A stretch of 64,000 bases of DNA from positions 3,170-67,169 of IMG/VR virus record IMGVR_UViG_2878918711_000001; one strand, given 5' to 3'. Shown one piece after another: positions 19,440 through 29,342 of the stretch. Position numbers and translations under genes: made by a program. Position 1 is the first letter of the stretch; each line of letters starts with the position of its first letter. The notes beneath the pieces are model-generated. The model saw nothing but the letters and a program-made list of their open reading frames with translations, was not told where the DNA came from and made no database searches. The stretch is from a virus (lineage: Duplodnaviria > Caudoviricetes).

Positions 19440-21140
19440 TTACCCTTGTTGAGTACTTTTTGATTCATCTATCTTATGTAAAACTTCTCCAAATAGAAAT
19501 TCCATTTCTGACGCTTCTGGTATTTTCTTTTTTAGATAATTGTCATACATATATGTGCTAAATGGAGTTAATCTGTTTATTTCTAGTAGATACTCATCAA
19601 GTATATCACTGAGAATTATAGCTCCATCGTGTAATTCTTTTGCACATAAAATCATAGTGTCTAATTCCATAATAATAGGTAAAGAAATAAATACCTTTTT
19701 ATAGATAGGATTATTTTTTATCATATTTGAGAATTCTTGTATCACAAGTGCATTTACTCCTATTGCAGAAAAAGATCTATCTGTCGTCAATATAATGGGG
19801 TATACTTTCGATACGTAACTTACATCTGGATCTAATTCGTTCATTAGTCCTTCTTGAAAGATACGTTTTATATTATAGAGTAATTGCCCCACTCCTTTAT
19901 TTTTTTTACCATACTTACAGAGTCTATTGCAAATACCCTGCCTTATCTCATCAATGTTTGGCGAATATTTAATGGTATCTCCTAATGTTATATCTTTGTA
20001 TTCAAATAGATACAAAGTTTTTCCTACACGCAAATATAAATCTGGTTCTCCAACAATTCCTTTTTCTTTTAACTCTTCACCAGTAAACATTGTGACATCA
20101 TCACTATCTGAGTAAATCTGTTGCATTAATCTATATAAAAGATATGGCTCAGAAAATCTTGTAGCCAATTCAGAGTTAAAATCAGGATATGACTTATATT
20201 TTCCTTGTAGCGATTGATAAAAATCGAACTTCATACCTTGATATAATTTATCTATCAAAAGATTTGCATTGAGAAGGAGATATGTATCGTCTGTAATTTT
20301 AAACAGGAAATGATCTCTGAAGTATTTTAATGCATTGTGTCCATCCCACAAATCCTTACAATCTTGAATATTTACAATATACTGGTCGAAAAAAAGAATA
20401 TCTTTCACTTTGCTTGCATCGACTTTTATATATTGACTTCTTAGGGAAGCTTCAAAAAAACCGAATAATTTCAAAATGTATTCTTGCCAATGTTTAGTTG
20501 CTTTATCTTTGTAAAATAATTCTAAATATTTGGAGTATTCATCGTCACTTTCGCAAAATTCAAAAAAACATATTGCCTTATACATTTGCACCTTAAAGTC
20601 CTTATGTAATTTGAACTCTACAATAGGTAAATCTATTAATAAAGACATAGAAACTACATCTAAATCCTTGTCCTTGATATTCAAATCTCGTGATTGTTCA
20701 TCTGTCCAACGCTGATTACAATAAATTATAGCTTTAAATGTTGCTTCATACTCATCTTGACATAAAGATAGTTCTTTGTCGTCTTCTTTGTGAGGGGTGA
20801 AGTTCTGCAATGCTAATCCCATAAATAGTGTACTACCATAGAACTCTATGTAACTAATTGATTTATATTTACCTATAAAGTGTCGAATTTTATTTCTAAC
20901 CTCTTTAGGGAGATATTTACATGTTTCATATAGCATGCTCCGTTGTAAATTCTGATTTCCAAACGAATATACTATCTTATTTATCTGTTGAGTAATATAA
21001 TGTAATAAAGATAACGTTGGTATATCTTTTAATAATTCGTGTACTTTCACTGTTTTATAATCATCATATATTCCATCATAACCTATGACAGCCCAAACGT
21101 CTGGCACATTTAATTTAGAAAGTATTTTTTTTGTTTTCAT
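19440..21140 (-). CDS. Uncharacterised AT-rich cargo protein with PD-(D/E)xK-like motif
   Basis: 566 aa; 'GEPDLYLRVGKTLYLFEYKD'. Confidence 0.65.
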   Translation of the reverse strand: MKTKKILSKLNVPDVWAVIGYDGIYDDYKTVKVHELLKDIPTLSLLHYITQQINKIVYSFGNQNLQRSMLYETCKYLPKEVRNKIRHFIGKYKSISYIEFYGSTLFMGLALQNFTPHKEDDKELSLCQDEYEATFKAIIYCNQRWTDEQSRDLNIKDKDLDVVSMSLLIDLPIVEFKLHKDFKVQMYKAICFFEFCESDDEYSKYLELFYKDKATKHWQEYILKLFGFFEASLRSQYIKVDASKVKDILFFDQYIVNIQDCKDLWDGHNALKYFRDHFLFKITDDTYLLLNANLLIDKLYQGMKFDFYQSLQGKYKSYPDFNSELATRFSEPYLLYRLMQQIYSDSDDVTMFTGEELKEKGIVGEPDLYLRVGKTLYLFEYKDITLGDTIKYSPNIDEIRQGICNRLCKYGKKNKGVGQLLYNIKRIFQEGLMNELDPDVSYVSKVYPIILTTDRSFSAIGVNALVIQEFSNMIKNNPIYKKVFISLPIIMELDTMILCAKELHDGAIILSDILDEYLLEINRLTPFSTYMYDNYLKKKIPEASEMEFLFGEVLHKIDESKSTQQG

Positions 21141-21159
21141 TTTACTCTTTATTATTATG

Positions 21160-22434
21160 TTAATCTTGTTCTATAATCCTGCTTAGCTCTTCCTCCATTT
21201 CCTCTACTGTAGGCAAAGCAGATTTTAGTTTATCAGGGATTACTTTTGACAGTTGATAATCACTCACACCAATTGGTTGATCATAACCCGAGAGAGCATA
21301 TTGCGCCACTACTTTGTCGCCACCATTGCAGAGGAGCAAGCCGATTGTCTTGTTGTCGTGTTCGCCACGGAGGGTGTCGTCTACAACATTGATGTAGAAG
21401 TTCAGTTGTCCCATGTATTCGGGCTTGAATGGTGTCGCTTTAAGTTCGATAACTACGTATGCGTGTAGTTGGATATTATAGAGGATAAGGTCGGCATAGA
21501 AATCAGAATCGCCTACTTCAAAATGCTTCTGCTGTGCTACAAACGCAAAGCCACTGCCCATCTCCAAAAGATATTTGGTGATATGAGAAACCAATTGCTT
21601 TTCAATGTCTTGTTCTGCCATTTTATCTGTTTGTCCCATCATATCAAAGATGTAAGGGTCTTTCATCAGATAGTTGGCAAGGTCGCTTTGCGGTTTGGGT
21701 AATCGTGCCGAGAAGTTACTCACTTTCTTTGCGGTAATCTGCCGAGCAAAAAGGTTTGTTTCAATCTGCATTTGCAGAACATTACTGCTCCAACCATTGG
21801 CAACTGCCTGTGTAATATACCAAAAGCGTTCACCTAAAGGCAACTTGCTGTTAAGCAGAATTACATGGCTTGCCCAGTTGGTGCGAACAATGGCAGATTG
21901 CTTGAAAATATCCTCTATCTTACTAATGTCGCTGTGATAGATAGCCGACAGCATTTCAGAAATCTCTCCTAATTGCGCAACAGGCTGTTGCGTAATTATA
22001 TTTCCTTGAATATCTGTGGCTTGTATTTGCGCAAGAGGCTCTTGCGTAAATTGATTTAGTTTGCTCGTTAGTTGTAATATATTATCAACCGAAGGACTAT
22101 TAAACCATTCTTCAACCTTACCCATTTCTGTTAGAACCTCCATAGAATAAGCCTTTGCGAACTGGCACATATAGATAAGGTTGCGGGTGGAATACCCTTT
22201 CTTGTCGGGATATTGTGAGCGTATAGCCTTGGATAGATTGTCGATAACTTTGCTTCCCCAGCCTTCTTTCTTTTGGAGGTAGAGAATAAAATGCCCCACC
22301 TTCCAATAATGGAAGAGCATATCAGCATTAGCCGAAGCAATCACGCGCACTTGTGTATGCTCAAGGTCAGTACCAATGGCTCGTACAACGAGAGATAACT
22401 CTTGGTTCTCAGTTTTATTTATTTCTTGTCTCAT
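21160..22434 (-). CDS. DUF1016/YhcG-family PDDEXK nuclease
   Basis: 'YWKVG..WGSKVIDNLS', 'KDPYIFD', 'YADLILYN..VVIELK..GQLNFY'. Confidence 0.9.
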   Translation of the reverse strand: MRQEINKTENQELSLVVRAIGTDLEHTQVRVIASANADMLFHYWKVGHFILYLQKKEGWGSKVIDNLSKAIRSQYPDKKGYSTRNLIYMCQFAKAYSMEVLTEMGKVEEWFNSPSVDNILQLTSKLNQFTQEPLAQIQATDIQGNIITQQPVAQLGEISEMLSAIYHSDISKIEDIFKQSAIVRTNWASHVILLNSKLPLGERFWYITQAVANGWSSNVLQMQIETNLFARQITAKKVSNFSARLPKPQSDLANYLMKDPYIFDMMGQTDKMAEQDIEKQLVSHITKYLLEMGSGFAFVAQQKHFEVGDSDFYADLILYNIQLHAYVVIELKATPFKPEYMGQLNFYINVVDDTLRGEHDNKTIGLLLCNGGDKVVAQYALSGYDQPIGVSDYQLSKVIPDKLKSALPTVEEMEEELSRIIEQD

Positions 22435-22446
22435 ATCGTCTTGGAT

Positions 22447-23739
22447 TTATAATTGATTGAATTTACTCATGGCATTTGCCTTGATGTCGTCCGCAATATC
22501 AATGTAGGGCTTCATCGCCTTGTAATCACTGTGTCCTGTCCACTTCATCACAACTTGAGGAGGAATACCCAATGCAAGCGCATTGCAGATAAAAGTGCGG
22601 CGACCTGCATGTGTGCCAAGCAGGGCATATTTAGGTGTAACTTCGTCAATACGCTCATTACCTTTGTAATACGTTTGGCGAATAGGCTCGTCAATTCCAG
22701 CCATTTCTGCCAATTCTTTAAGATAATCGTTCATCTTCTGATTGGTAATCACAGGCAAGACCTTGTCATCTTCAAACGCCACATCCTTGTACTTGTCAAG
22801 AATCGCTTTGCTGTGGTTGTTCAGCTCGATAATCAGGCTATCGGAAGTCTTGACCGTTGTAACCTCAATATGATCGTCTTTAATATCACTTCTGCGGAGG
22901 TTGAATACATCCGAATAGCGCAAACCAGTGAAGCATTGGAAGAGGAAAACATCACGCACACGTTCGAGAGCCTGCTTGTTGAAAGGGATTTTGAACTTTC
23001 GGAGACGGTTGAGTTCGTCCCAAGTGAGAAAGATGATTTTCTTTTGGGTACTCTTGAGTTTAGGCTTATAACTATCGTAGGCGTTGTTTTGATGCACACC
23101 TTTCTTGAAAGCCCAGCGCAAAAACCATTTCAAGAAACTCAATTGCTTGCCAATGGTTGTGTTGCGCATCTCCTTTATATCACGCAGATAACCCACATAG
23201 TCATTCAAGCCTCGCTCATCAAAGAACTCAAAGGTAAGTCTTTCACGAAAGTTGGTCAAATGATTTTTCACGGCTGCAAATTTCTCAAACGTGGAGTCCG
23301 TCCAATTGTTCTGACGTCCACAATCCTCGACAAAATCATCAAACACCTGAAAGAAATCACAAGGCAACGCTTCTTTCTTTGGCTTAGGTTCTTCGCTCAC
23401 AGGTTTGCGCAAAGCATTGAAAACCTCCTTTATCTGTTCGGGCGTTGGCATTACGTCCTCTACCTCAAACCTCTTAAAGATTGACTGTATTTCCGTGTAA
23501 TACTCCAAGAGCGAAGCATTGATTTCAGAAGCCGATTGTTTTAACTTGTTGCTACAACCATTCTTCACACGCTGCTTATCTACATCCCATTTGGCAGCAT
23601 CAATGCGATAGCCAGTGGTGAACTCAATCCGCTTGGACGCAAAATTAACGCGCATACGAATAGGCACGTTCTCTGTGATAAGAACTCCGTCCTTCTTCCT
23701 GCTCTCCAACGTGAAGATGATGTTCCGTTTGATATTCAT
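22447..23739 (-). CDS. Tyrosine integrase, IntN2-like
   Basis: N-terminal 'MNIKRNIIFTLESRKKDG..VPIRMRV'; catalytic R(GLRYSD), H-x-x-R (HAGRR), WTGH, Y. Confidence 0.92.
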   Translation of the reverse strand: MNIKRNIIFTLESRKKDGVLITENVPIRMRVNFASKRIEFTTGYRIDAAKWDVDKQRVKNGCSNKLKQSASEINASLLEYYTEIQSIFKRFEVEDVMPTPEQIKEVFNALRKPVSEEPKPKKEALPCDFFQVFDDFVEDCGRQNNWTDSTFEKFAAVKNHLTNFRERLTFEFFDERGLNDYVGYLRDIKEMRNTTIGKQLSFLKWFLRWAFKKGVHQNNAYDSYKPKLKSTQKKIIFLTWDELNRLRKFKIPFNKQALERVRDVFLFQCFTGLRYSDVFNLRRSDIKDDHIEVTTVKTSDSLIIELNNHSKAILDKYKDVAFEDDKVLPVITNQKMNDYLKELAEMAGIDEPIRQTYYKGNERIDEVTPKYALLGTHAGRRTFICNALALGIPPQVVMKWTGHSDYKAMKPYIDIADDIKANAMSKFNQL

Positions 23740-23898
23740 ACCTTCGGGTGTATTGTTTTATGCACCCAAAGTTACACCCTAAAAATGATATTACCAAAGA
23801 TTTTCCGTGAAATCTCATTTTATTAACATTTTGCGTAAACTGCTATATTACAATAGATTGATACGATTTGATAATTTGTGATAGTTCGAGAGAAAGAG

Positions 23899-23911
23899 CC
23901 TCTCTCTCCGC
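23899..23911 (+). repeat. att core (right copy) CCTCTCTCTCCGC
   Basis: Exact repeat of 6221-6233. Confidence 0.85.
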
Positions 23912-24058
23912 TTTAGGTACTCTGAACAGACTAACAGAGAAATCCTAACAAAAACGTAAGTATCATAGCTACAAGTAGTTATGATACTTTTCTTTTATAT
24001 CTATTCTTCTTATCAGAGTACGTACAGAGGAGGTAAATACTCCATAAGTACTCTACAA

Positions 24059-24293
24059 TGGCTACAATCTGGCTACACTTTTTGAGGCAAAATAAAAATT
24101 GTAGCCAAGAGTTCGTACAGAGTATGCATAGAGTACACGCAAATTGCTGTTATTCAAATAAATATGTCGAACTTTGCAGCGTGGTTACAGAAGTTTATCT
24201 CGCTAATAATTCAATCTTTTGGCTACAATTTCTATTAGAAGCTGGTTACAATTATTGAATTTTGGCTACAACATTCCTTGCCATGGCTACAAT
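24059..24293. repeat. Integrase arm-type repeats TGGCTACA(AT)
   Basis: Copies at 24059, 24070, 24220, 24263 and 24284; variant at 24243; inverted copy at 24098-24107. Confidence 0.7.
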
Positions 24294-24311
24294 TAAACAA
24301 CAGCAGCGCAA

Positions 24312-25544
24312 ATGAAAACCATTTTCAGAGCAGTCTTCTATTTAAGAAGCAACTATGTGAACAAGGAGGGTAAAACACCCGTGATGTTGAGAATCTATCT
24401 CAACAACGAACGACTTTCCATTGGCTCAACAGGTATTGCCGTTCAGCAGTCGCAATGGGATAGTGAAAAAGAACGACTGAAGGGAAGGACTACAGAGGTT
24501 CTTTCTACTAATCTCGAGTTGGATAACATCCAAAGCGGATTGCAGACCATCTTCAAAAAGTTGGAAATGACAGATGCCATTTCTTTGGAGCGTATCAAGT
24601 CGGAGTATCTCGGCAAGAAAGAAGAGGTAGAAACGATGATGACACTCTTCGATAAGCACAACAAAGATATTGCTAAGCAAGTGGGCATATCTGTAAGTGC
24701 TGCCACTTTTCAGAAATATAATGTCTGCAAACGACACTTCACAACTTTCTTGCAGGATAAGTACAAACGTTCGGATATACGTTTATCTGAACTCACCTAT
24801 ATCATCATACACGATTTTGATATTTATCTTCGCACAGTAGTTGGTCAGAATCCGAATACAGCCACCAAGACAATGAAGACTTTCAAGACAATTACAATCT
24901 TAGGAAGAAAAATGGGCGTAATCCATCACGATCCTTTTCTTAATCATCGCTTTCACCTTGAGCCGGTCAATCGTGGTTTCTTGACAGATGAAGAGATTTT
25001 GAAGATAGCCAATAAGGATCTGGGCATACAACGTTTGGAATTGGTTCGTGATTTATTCGTATTCTCGTGCTTCACAGGTTTGGCGTACATTGATGTGGCC
25101 AACCTTACTCCCGAGAACATTGTTACCCTTGATGACAAACAATGGATAATGACAAAACGACAAAAGACGAGTGTTGCAACAAATGTTCTTTTATTGGATA
25201 TTCCGAAGAATATCATTGAAAAGTATAGTGTCAAGACCTATCGTGATGGTAAACTCTTCCCAATGCTAACTAATCAGCGAACTAATTCATATCTGAAGGA
25301 AATTGCAGATATTTGTGGCATTAAAAAGGACCTAACCTTTCACATGGCTCGCCACACATTTGCAACAATGTCATTGAGTAAAGGTGTTTCTATGGAATCA
25401 GTTTCTAAGATGTTGGGGCATACCAACATTAAAACGACACAAATTTATGCCCGTATTACCAATAAGAAAATAGAACACGATATGGAACAGTTGGCGGGCA
25501 AGTTAGACAAGTTCAATGTTGCTATGGGCATCAACTCAAAATAA
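24312..25544 (+). CDS. Tyrosine integrase of ICE-B
   Basis: Arm-binding N-terminus; GLAYID variant, 'HMARHTF', 'LGHTNIKTTQIY'. Confidence 0.92.
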   Translation: MKTIFRAVFYLRSNYVNKEGKTPVMLRIYLNNERLSIGSTGIAVQQSQWDSEKERLKGRTTEVLSTNLELDNIQSGLQTIFKKLEMTDAISLERIKSEYLGKKEEVETMMTLFDKHNKDIAKQVGISVSAATFQKYNVCKRHFTTFLQDKYKRSDIRLSELTYIIIHDFDIYLRTVVGQNPNTATKTMKTFKTITILGRKMGVIHHDPFLNHRFHLEPVNRGFLTDEEILKIANKDLGIQRLELVRDLFVFSCFTGLAYIDVANLTPENIVTLDDKQWIMTKRQKTSVATNVLLLDIPKNIIEKYSVKTYRDGKLFPMLTNQRTNSYLKEIADICGIKKDLTFHMARHTFATMSLSKGVSMESVSKMLGHTNIKTTQIYARITNKKIEHDMEQLAGKLDKFNVAMGINSK

Positions 25545-25569
25545 TGTACAACCCTAAACCAAGAAGATT

Positions 25570-26037
25570 ATGACAACAACAAAGAAAGACCTTTCTTACT
25601 TCCGTTTGAAGTTAGAGAACTACCTCAGTGAGCATTTCCCCGAAATGCTGGGTGATAAACCATTCATAACGGCAAGAGCCGATGAAGCCCTTACTGCCTA
25701 CTGTGATGCAGTAGCACAAGGCTTTTCTCATCCAGAGGCAGAGGTAATGGCAAGCGAAGTTCTGTATCAAGGACTGCATTTCTCCAAGTACGACACCCTT
25801 GTTTCTGTCTTAGAGAATGAGTTCGAGAAAGAACTCCCTTCTCCTCTTCCAGAAAGACTAACACCAATGCTTCTGAAGAATAAGGCTGTGCAAAGCGTTT
25901 TCAATAAGTATGAACTGACGGACGATTTTGGTGCAAGTCCAGAGTATGAGAAACTCTACACCGAACTGACAGGGACAATCGTTCTGATCATCGAGGTCAA
26001 TGGCCTGCCAACCGTCGATAGTGAGAACATGACTTGA
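25570..26037 (+). CDS. DUF1896-family protein
   Basis: 'LSYFRLKLENYLSEHFPE..FITARADEA..LHFSKYDTL'. Confidence 0.85.
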   Translation: MTTTKKDLSYFRLKLENYLSEHFPEMLGDKPFITARADEALTAYCDAVAQGFSHPEAEVMASEVLYQGLHFSKYDTLVSVLENEFEKELPSPLPERLTPMLLKNKAVQSVFNKYELTDDFGASPEYEKLYTELTGTIVLIIEVNGLPTVDSENMT

Positions 26038-26046
26038 TGTAACACC

Positions 26047-26202
26047 ATCGGGAGCTTTTGTAGTGTCAAGAGCCAAGATAACTATTCTTCCCCACACACC
26101 AAGAGTTTGGACAAACACTTGGCTTTTTTCGAGCATAGCTCTCAACAACTCGTGTGAGGCAGAATATCTTGTTATTGCTCTTGAACTATTAAAAGCTCCG
26201 AT
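26047..26202 (+). other. Multi-stem structured element (~156 nt) ending at the next start codon
   Basis: Nested IRs atcgggagctttt/aaaagctccgat, tcaagagc/gctcttga, caagata/tatcttg, ccaag/cttgg, gagc/gctc. Confidence 0.6.
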
Positions 26203-26550
26203 ATGAATACAATCATCATGAATCAAGATGTCCACACACCTGCCTTCATCAAGGCAGACGCATCGAACAAAACCGATAATATCAAGCAACAGCCGAATTC
26301 TCCCAAGCAAGTCCGCCACTTCGGTTGGACACGCTTCATCGAACTCACTATCCTGCTTTCTATCGTTATCGGTGTCATTTGGCTTATCTCGAAGATGGTA
26401 ACGCCGCAAGTCGTAACTGTCGTCTCTGTCATCGCAGTTTTTCTGATACTACGTTTTATAGTCAGAGTAATTCTAAAAGTAACATTTACGCTGCTGAGCA
26501 TTCTCTTCTGGTTGGCCATTCTCTGTGCCATCCTGCTATGCATGCTTTGA
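26203..26550 (+). CDS. Small membrane protein
   Basis: 115 aa with about three hydrophobic segments. Confidence 0.65.
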   Translation: MNTIIMNQDVHTPAFIKADASNKTDNIKQQPNSPKQVRHFGWTRFIELTILLSIVIGVIWLISKMVTPQVVTVVSVIAVFLILRFIVRVILKVTFTLLSILFWLAILCAILLCML

Positions 26551-26589
26551 GAAGCACAGCTCTGTAATACCTTTCATTTATCGTTCATT

Positions 26590-26626
26590 AGGTGGTTATC
26601 TCACATTTCGAGATAGCCACCTTTTC
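26590..26626 (+). terminator. Intrinsic terminator
   Basis: aggtggttatctc/gagatagccacct stem followed by T run. Confidence 0.7.
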
Positions 26627-26718
26627 TATTTCCCACTATAGGCGTTGCACTTTCGCTTCCTTTCCAATGCTCCACAATATGCGATGACAAGAAGACGGAT
26701 GCTGTTCCCTTTTTATCC

Positions 26719-26849
26719 GCAAAGGTAGTACGGGGCATGTGGCTTTCAAAAGGTCTGTGCCGCTTGGTTTGTCTGGAAAATCTCCACACCTATGGGTTGT
26801 ATTTTCCGACAAAACCTTGTGTAAGCCTGCCCCGCTACCTCTATTTTGC
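26719..26849. promoter_or_regulatory. Long imperfect hairpin; candidate single-stranded (Frpo-like) leading-region promoter
   Basis: Pairs ggtag/ctacc, cggggca/tgccccg, ggctt/aagcc, aaggt/acctt, ggaaaat/attttcc. Confidence 0.5.
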
Positions 26850-26903
26850 TACAAAAAGGAATCAGCATACTCCGATCTTTGGACGCATAAAAAAAATGTC
26901 GCT

Positions 26904-27335
26904 ATGGATAAGCAAAAAGTAAATACAACATCTTCGATGAACAGCAAAGGATATAGCTCCTCCTCTCATTACCGCATTAACCCTACGGCTGAAAAAAGTG
27001 AGCAAGTGTTGGCAATTAAGTTTGTACAATGGGACGTTCCCCCTTTGGAGAGCCTTTGTAATAGCAAAGTATATCTCCTACGTGTGAAACTCAATCGTGG
27101 TGAGTGTATGAGCCGTGAGGAAAAGAATTGGCTATGTGAGGCGGTGAACTCAAACACCTATTTCCGCACAGCCGTTCCCCTACAAGGCTATCGCTTTGAC
27201 TTCTTTGACGTGCTGAAGAAATATCTTGTCAAGCAGTATGGACAATGGACAGAGTATTACGCACCCGACAGAACAAGCCTAAGAGCCTACCTATATGGAC
27301 GCATCAATCAAATAGTAGAAATTCCCAAGTATTAA
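26904..27335 (+). CDS. ICE hypothetical protein
   Basis: Start placed at MDKQKV, downstream of the hairpin. Confidence 0.65.
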   Translation: MDKQKVNTTSSMNSKGYSSSSHYRINPTAEKSEQVLAIKFVQWDVPPLESLCNSKVYLLRVKLNRGECMSREEKNWLCEAVNSNTYFRTAVPLQGYRFDFFDVLKKYLVKQYGQWTEYYAPDRTSLRAYLYGRINQIVEIPKY

Positions 27336-27357
27336 CAACATCAAAACATATACGACA

Positions 27358-27777
27358 ATGAAAGGAACAGAACATTTCACACGGACAATAGCCGAGTATC
27401 TCAATCAGCGTGCTATGACAGACCCCTTGTTTGCCCCTAACTTGATGAAGCCGAACAAGAATATCGAGGAGTGCATCACCTACATTCTTAATGAAGTGCA
27501 GAAAAGCGGTTGTAATGGCTTTGATGATGATGAAATCTTCTCTATGGCTGTTCACTACTACGATGAGGACGATATAGAAGTAGGTAAGGCTATTTCTTGC
27601 CAAGTTGCCGTTAATCACATTGTAGAACTCACGGAGGAAGAAAAAGCCGAAGCAAGGCAGGAAGCCATTAAGCAATATCAGCGGGAGGAACTTGCCAAGA
27701 TACAGAGCCGTAACGCACGAGTTAAAAAGACCGAGAACATAGCAACCCAAGTACAACCATCACTATTCGATTTTTAA
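27358..27777 (+). CDS. PcfK-like protein
   Basis: 'KNIEECITYILNEVQKSGCNGFDDDEIFSMAVHYYDE'. Confidence 0.85.
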   Translation: MKGTEHFTRTIAEYLNQRAMTDPLFAPNLMKPNKNIEECITYILNEVQKSGCNGFDDDEIFSMAVHYYDEDDIEVGKAISCQVAVNHIVELTEEEKAEARQEAIKQYQREELAKIQSRNARVKKTENIATQVQPSLFDF

Positions 27778-27781
27778 GCCT

Positions 27782-29056
27782 ATGAAACCGAGAAACAAAT
27801 TTGAGAAGGCGGTTTTGGAACAAAGCAAACATCTTTGCCCGATAACCAAGACACAAGACAAGTGGGCATTCCGTGAGTGCATAGACCACTTCGCCTACCG
27901 CTTGCCAAAAGGTCGCACTACTTGTATGGATTGTGGGCATAGTTGGGTAATGAACAAACATAGAGAAACTTGCACTTGCCCTCATTGCAGGGCAAAGTTG
28001 CAGGTCATGGAAACCTACGAACGCAAGTTGCAGCAGAAGCAGTATTTCACCCTACTTACCACATGTGGAGAGTTTCAAGTATTGCGTATGTTCCTCCTCG
28101 TGGCTGAAATGGAGAAAGGCTGCAAGGCTGAACACTATGTGCTTGAAATCGGGCAGTATTGGTGGAACGCACAAGGGCGGAAAGCATTGGTTGCCATACA
28201 ACGTATATTGGGACATTACGTTGATACATTTTCCTTTTGTGCTCCTATGGCAATACGCAACGATAATGAAGCCTATCAATATGCAGCCTATTCGCAGATA
28301 TATCCTAAGTTCAAGGTTACAGACACACTCCGCAGGAATGGTTTCAAGAATGATTTTCACGATATAGCCCCGACAACACTCATTTCGGCATTGCTTTCTG
28401 ACAGCCGTGTAGAAACATTGATGAAAGCAGGACGGATTGAACATTTGCGCTATTTTCTCAATAGCCCTCGAGACTTTGACAGTTACTGGAAGTCCTACAA
28501 GATAGCCAACCGAAGCGGATATGAAATAACCGACATTTCTCTATGGTGCGACTATGTGGACACGCTCCGCAGATTGGACAAAGACACTCACAGCCCGAAA
28601 TACCTTTGTCCTGCCAACCTCAGAGGCGAACACGACTGCAGACACGAGGAACTTCTCAGACTTCGTGAAAGGGAGGAGATAGAACAGAAGCAGCAGAAGG
28701 CAATCGAAGATGAAAAACGTTTCCGAGAACTTAAATCCAAGTTCTTTGGCATCGCTTTCACGGACGGCACAATCCAAGTCCACGTATTGGAGAGCGTGCA
28801 GGAACATTTGGAAGAAGGTGTATCAATGCACCATTGCGTATTTTCTAATGCATACTACCTTAAGGAGGACTCCCTTATCCTTTCGGCTACCATTGAAGGC
28901 AAGCGAATAGAGACTATTGAAGTATCATTACGAACTTTGGAAGTGGTGCAAAGTCGTGGGGTATGCAACAAGAACACAGAATACCATGAGCAGATAGTAA
29001 ACCTTGTTAATGCTAATCGAGGACTTATAAGCCGAAGAATGAAAGCGACTGCATAA
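27782..29056 (+). CDS. PcfJ-domain protein
   Basis: Zn ribbon; 'DYVDTL..LDKD', 'EEGVSMHHCV', 'ETIEV..VVQSRG..N'. Confidence 0.85.
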   Translation: MKPRNKFEKAVLEQSKHLCPITKTQDKWAFRECIDHFAYRLPKGRTTCMDCGHSWVMNKHRETCTCPHCRAKLQVMETYERKLQQKQYFTLLTTCGEFQVLRMFLLVAEMEKGCKAEHYVLEIGQYWWNAQGRKALVAIQRILGHYVDTFSFCAPMAIRNDNEAYQYAAYSQIYPKFKVTDTLRRNGFKNDFHDIAPTTLISALLSDSRVETLMKAGRIEHLRYFLNSPRDFDSYWKSYKIANRSGYEITDISLWCDYVDTLRRLDKDTHSPKYLCPANLRGEHDCRHEELLRLREREEIEQKQQKAIEDEKRFRELKSKFFGIAFTDGTIQVHVLESVQEHLEEGVSMHHCVFSNAYYLKEDSLILSATIEGKRIETIEVSLRTLEVVQSRGVCNKNTEYHEQIVNLVNANRGLISRRMKATA

Positions 29057-29083
29057 AGTATGAACCATTAAATTATCAGAGAT

Positions 29084-29338
29084 ATGAAAACAGAGATTGA
29101 AAACATCATCTACAACTATGCAGATGAGATACCGCATATTCTCATTAGGATTATTAATGCCATAACCCTATCCGACAACAAAGAGGAGTTAAGGTCGGCT
29201 ATCAACAAAATAGCTGAAGAAACAGAACTTGACAAGTTCTTTGCATACGGCTATGGCGCACATCACTTTTGGCTCACACATCGCAAATTATCTAATGGAG
29301 AGCCAAAGGAATACAGATTATTAAAAGTTGAATTTTAA
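29084..29338 (+). CDS. ICE hypothetical protein
   Basis: 84-aa ORF within the operon. Confidence 0.65.
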   Translation: MKTEIENIIYNYADEIPHILIRIINAITLSDNKEELRSAINKIAEETELDKFFAYGYGAHHFWLTHRKLSNGEPKEYRLLKVEF

Positions 29339-29342
29339 GATT

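Larger units (their letters stand above)
6221..23911. mobile_element. NBU2-like mobilizable integrative element (~17.7 kb) with defence cargo
   Basis: 13-bp direct repeats; IntN2-like integrase; DUF3853, AAA ATPase, primase, MobC and relaxase backbone. Confidence 0.85.

Noticed and set aside
23878-23915. tRNA gene at the att core (gttcga...cctctctctccgc)
   Set aside because: Only a 3'-end-like 13-mer; no cloverleaf can be folded upstream
24059-24293. CRISPR array from the TGGCTACA repeats
   Set aside because: Repeats are short, irregularly spaced and in both orientations; no cas genes; integrase arm sites fit better
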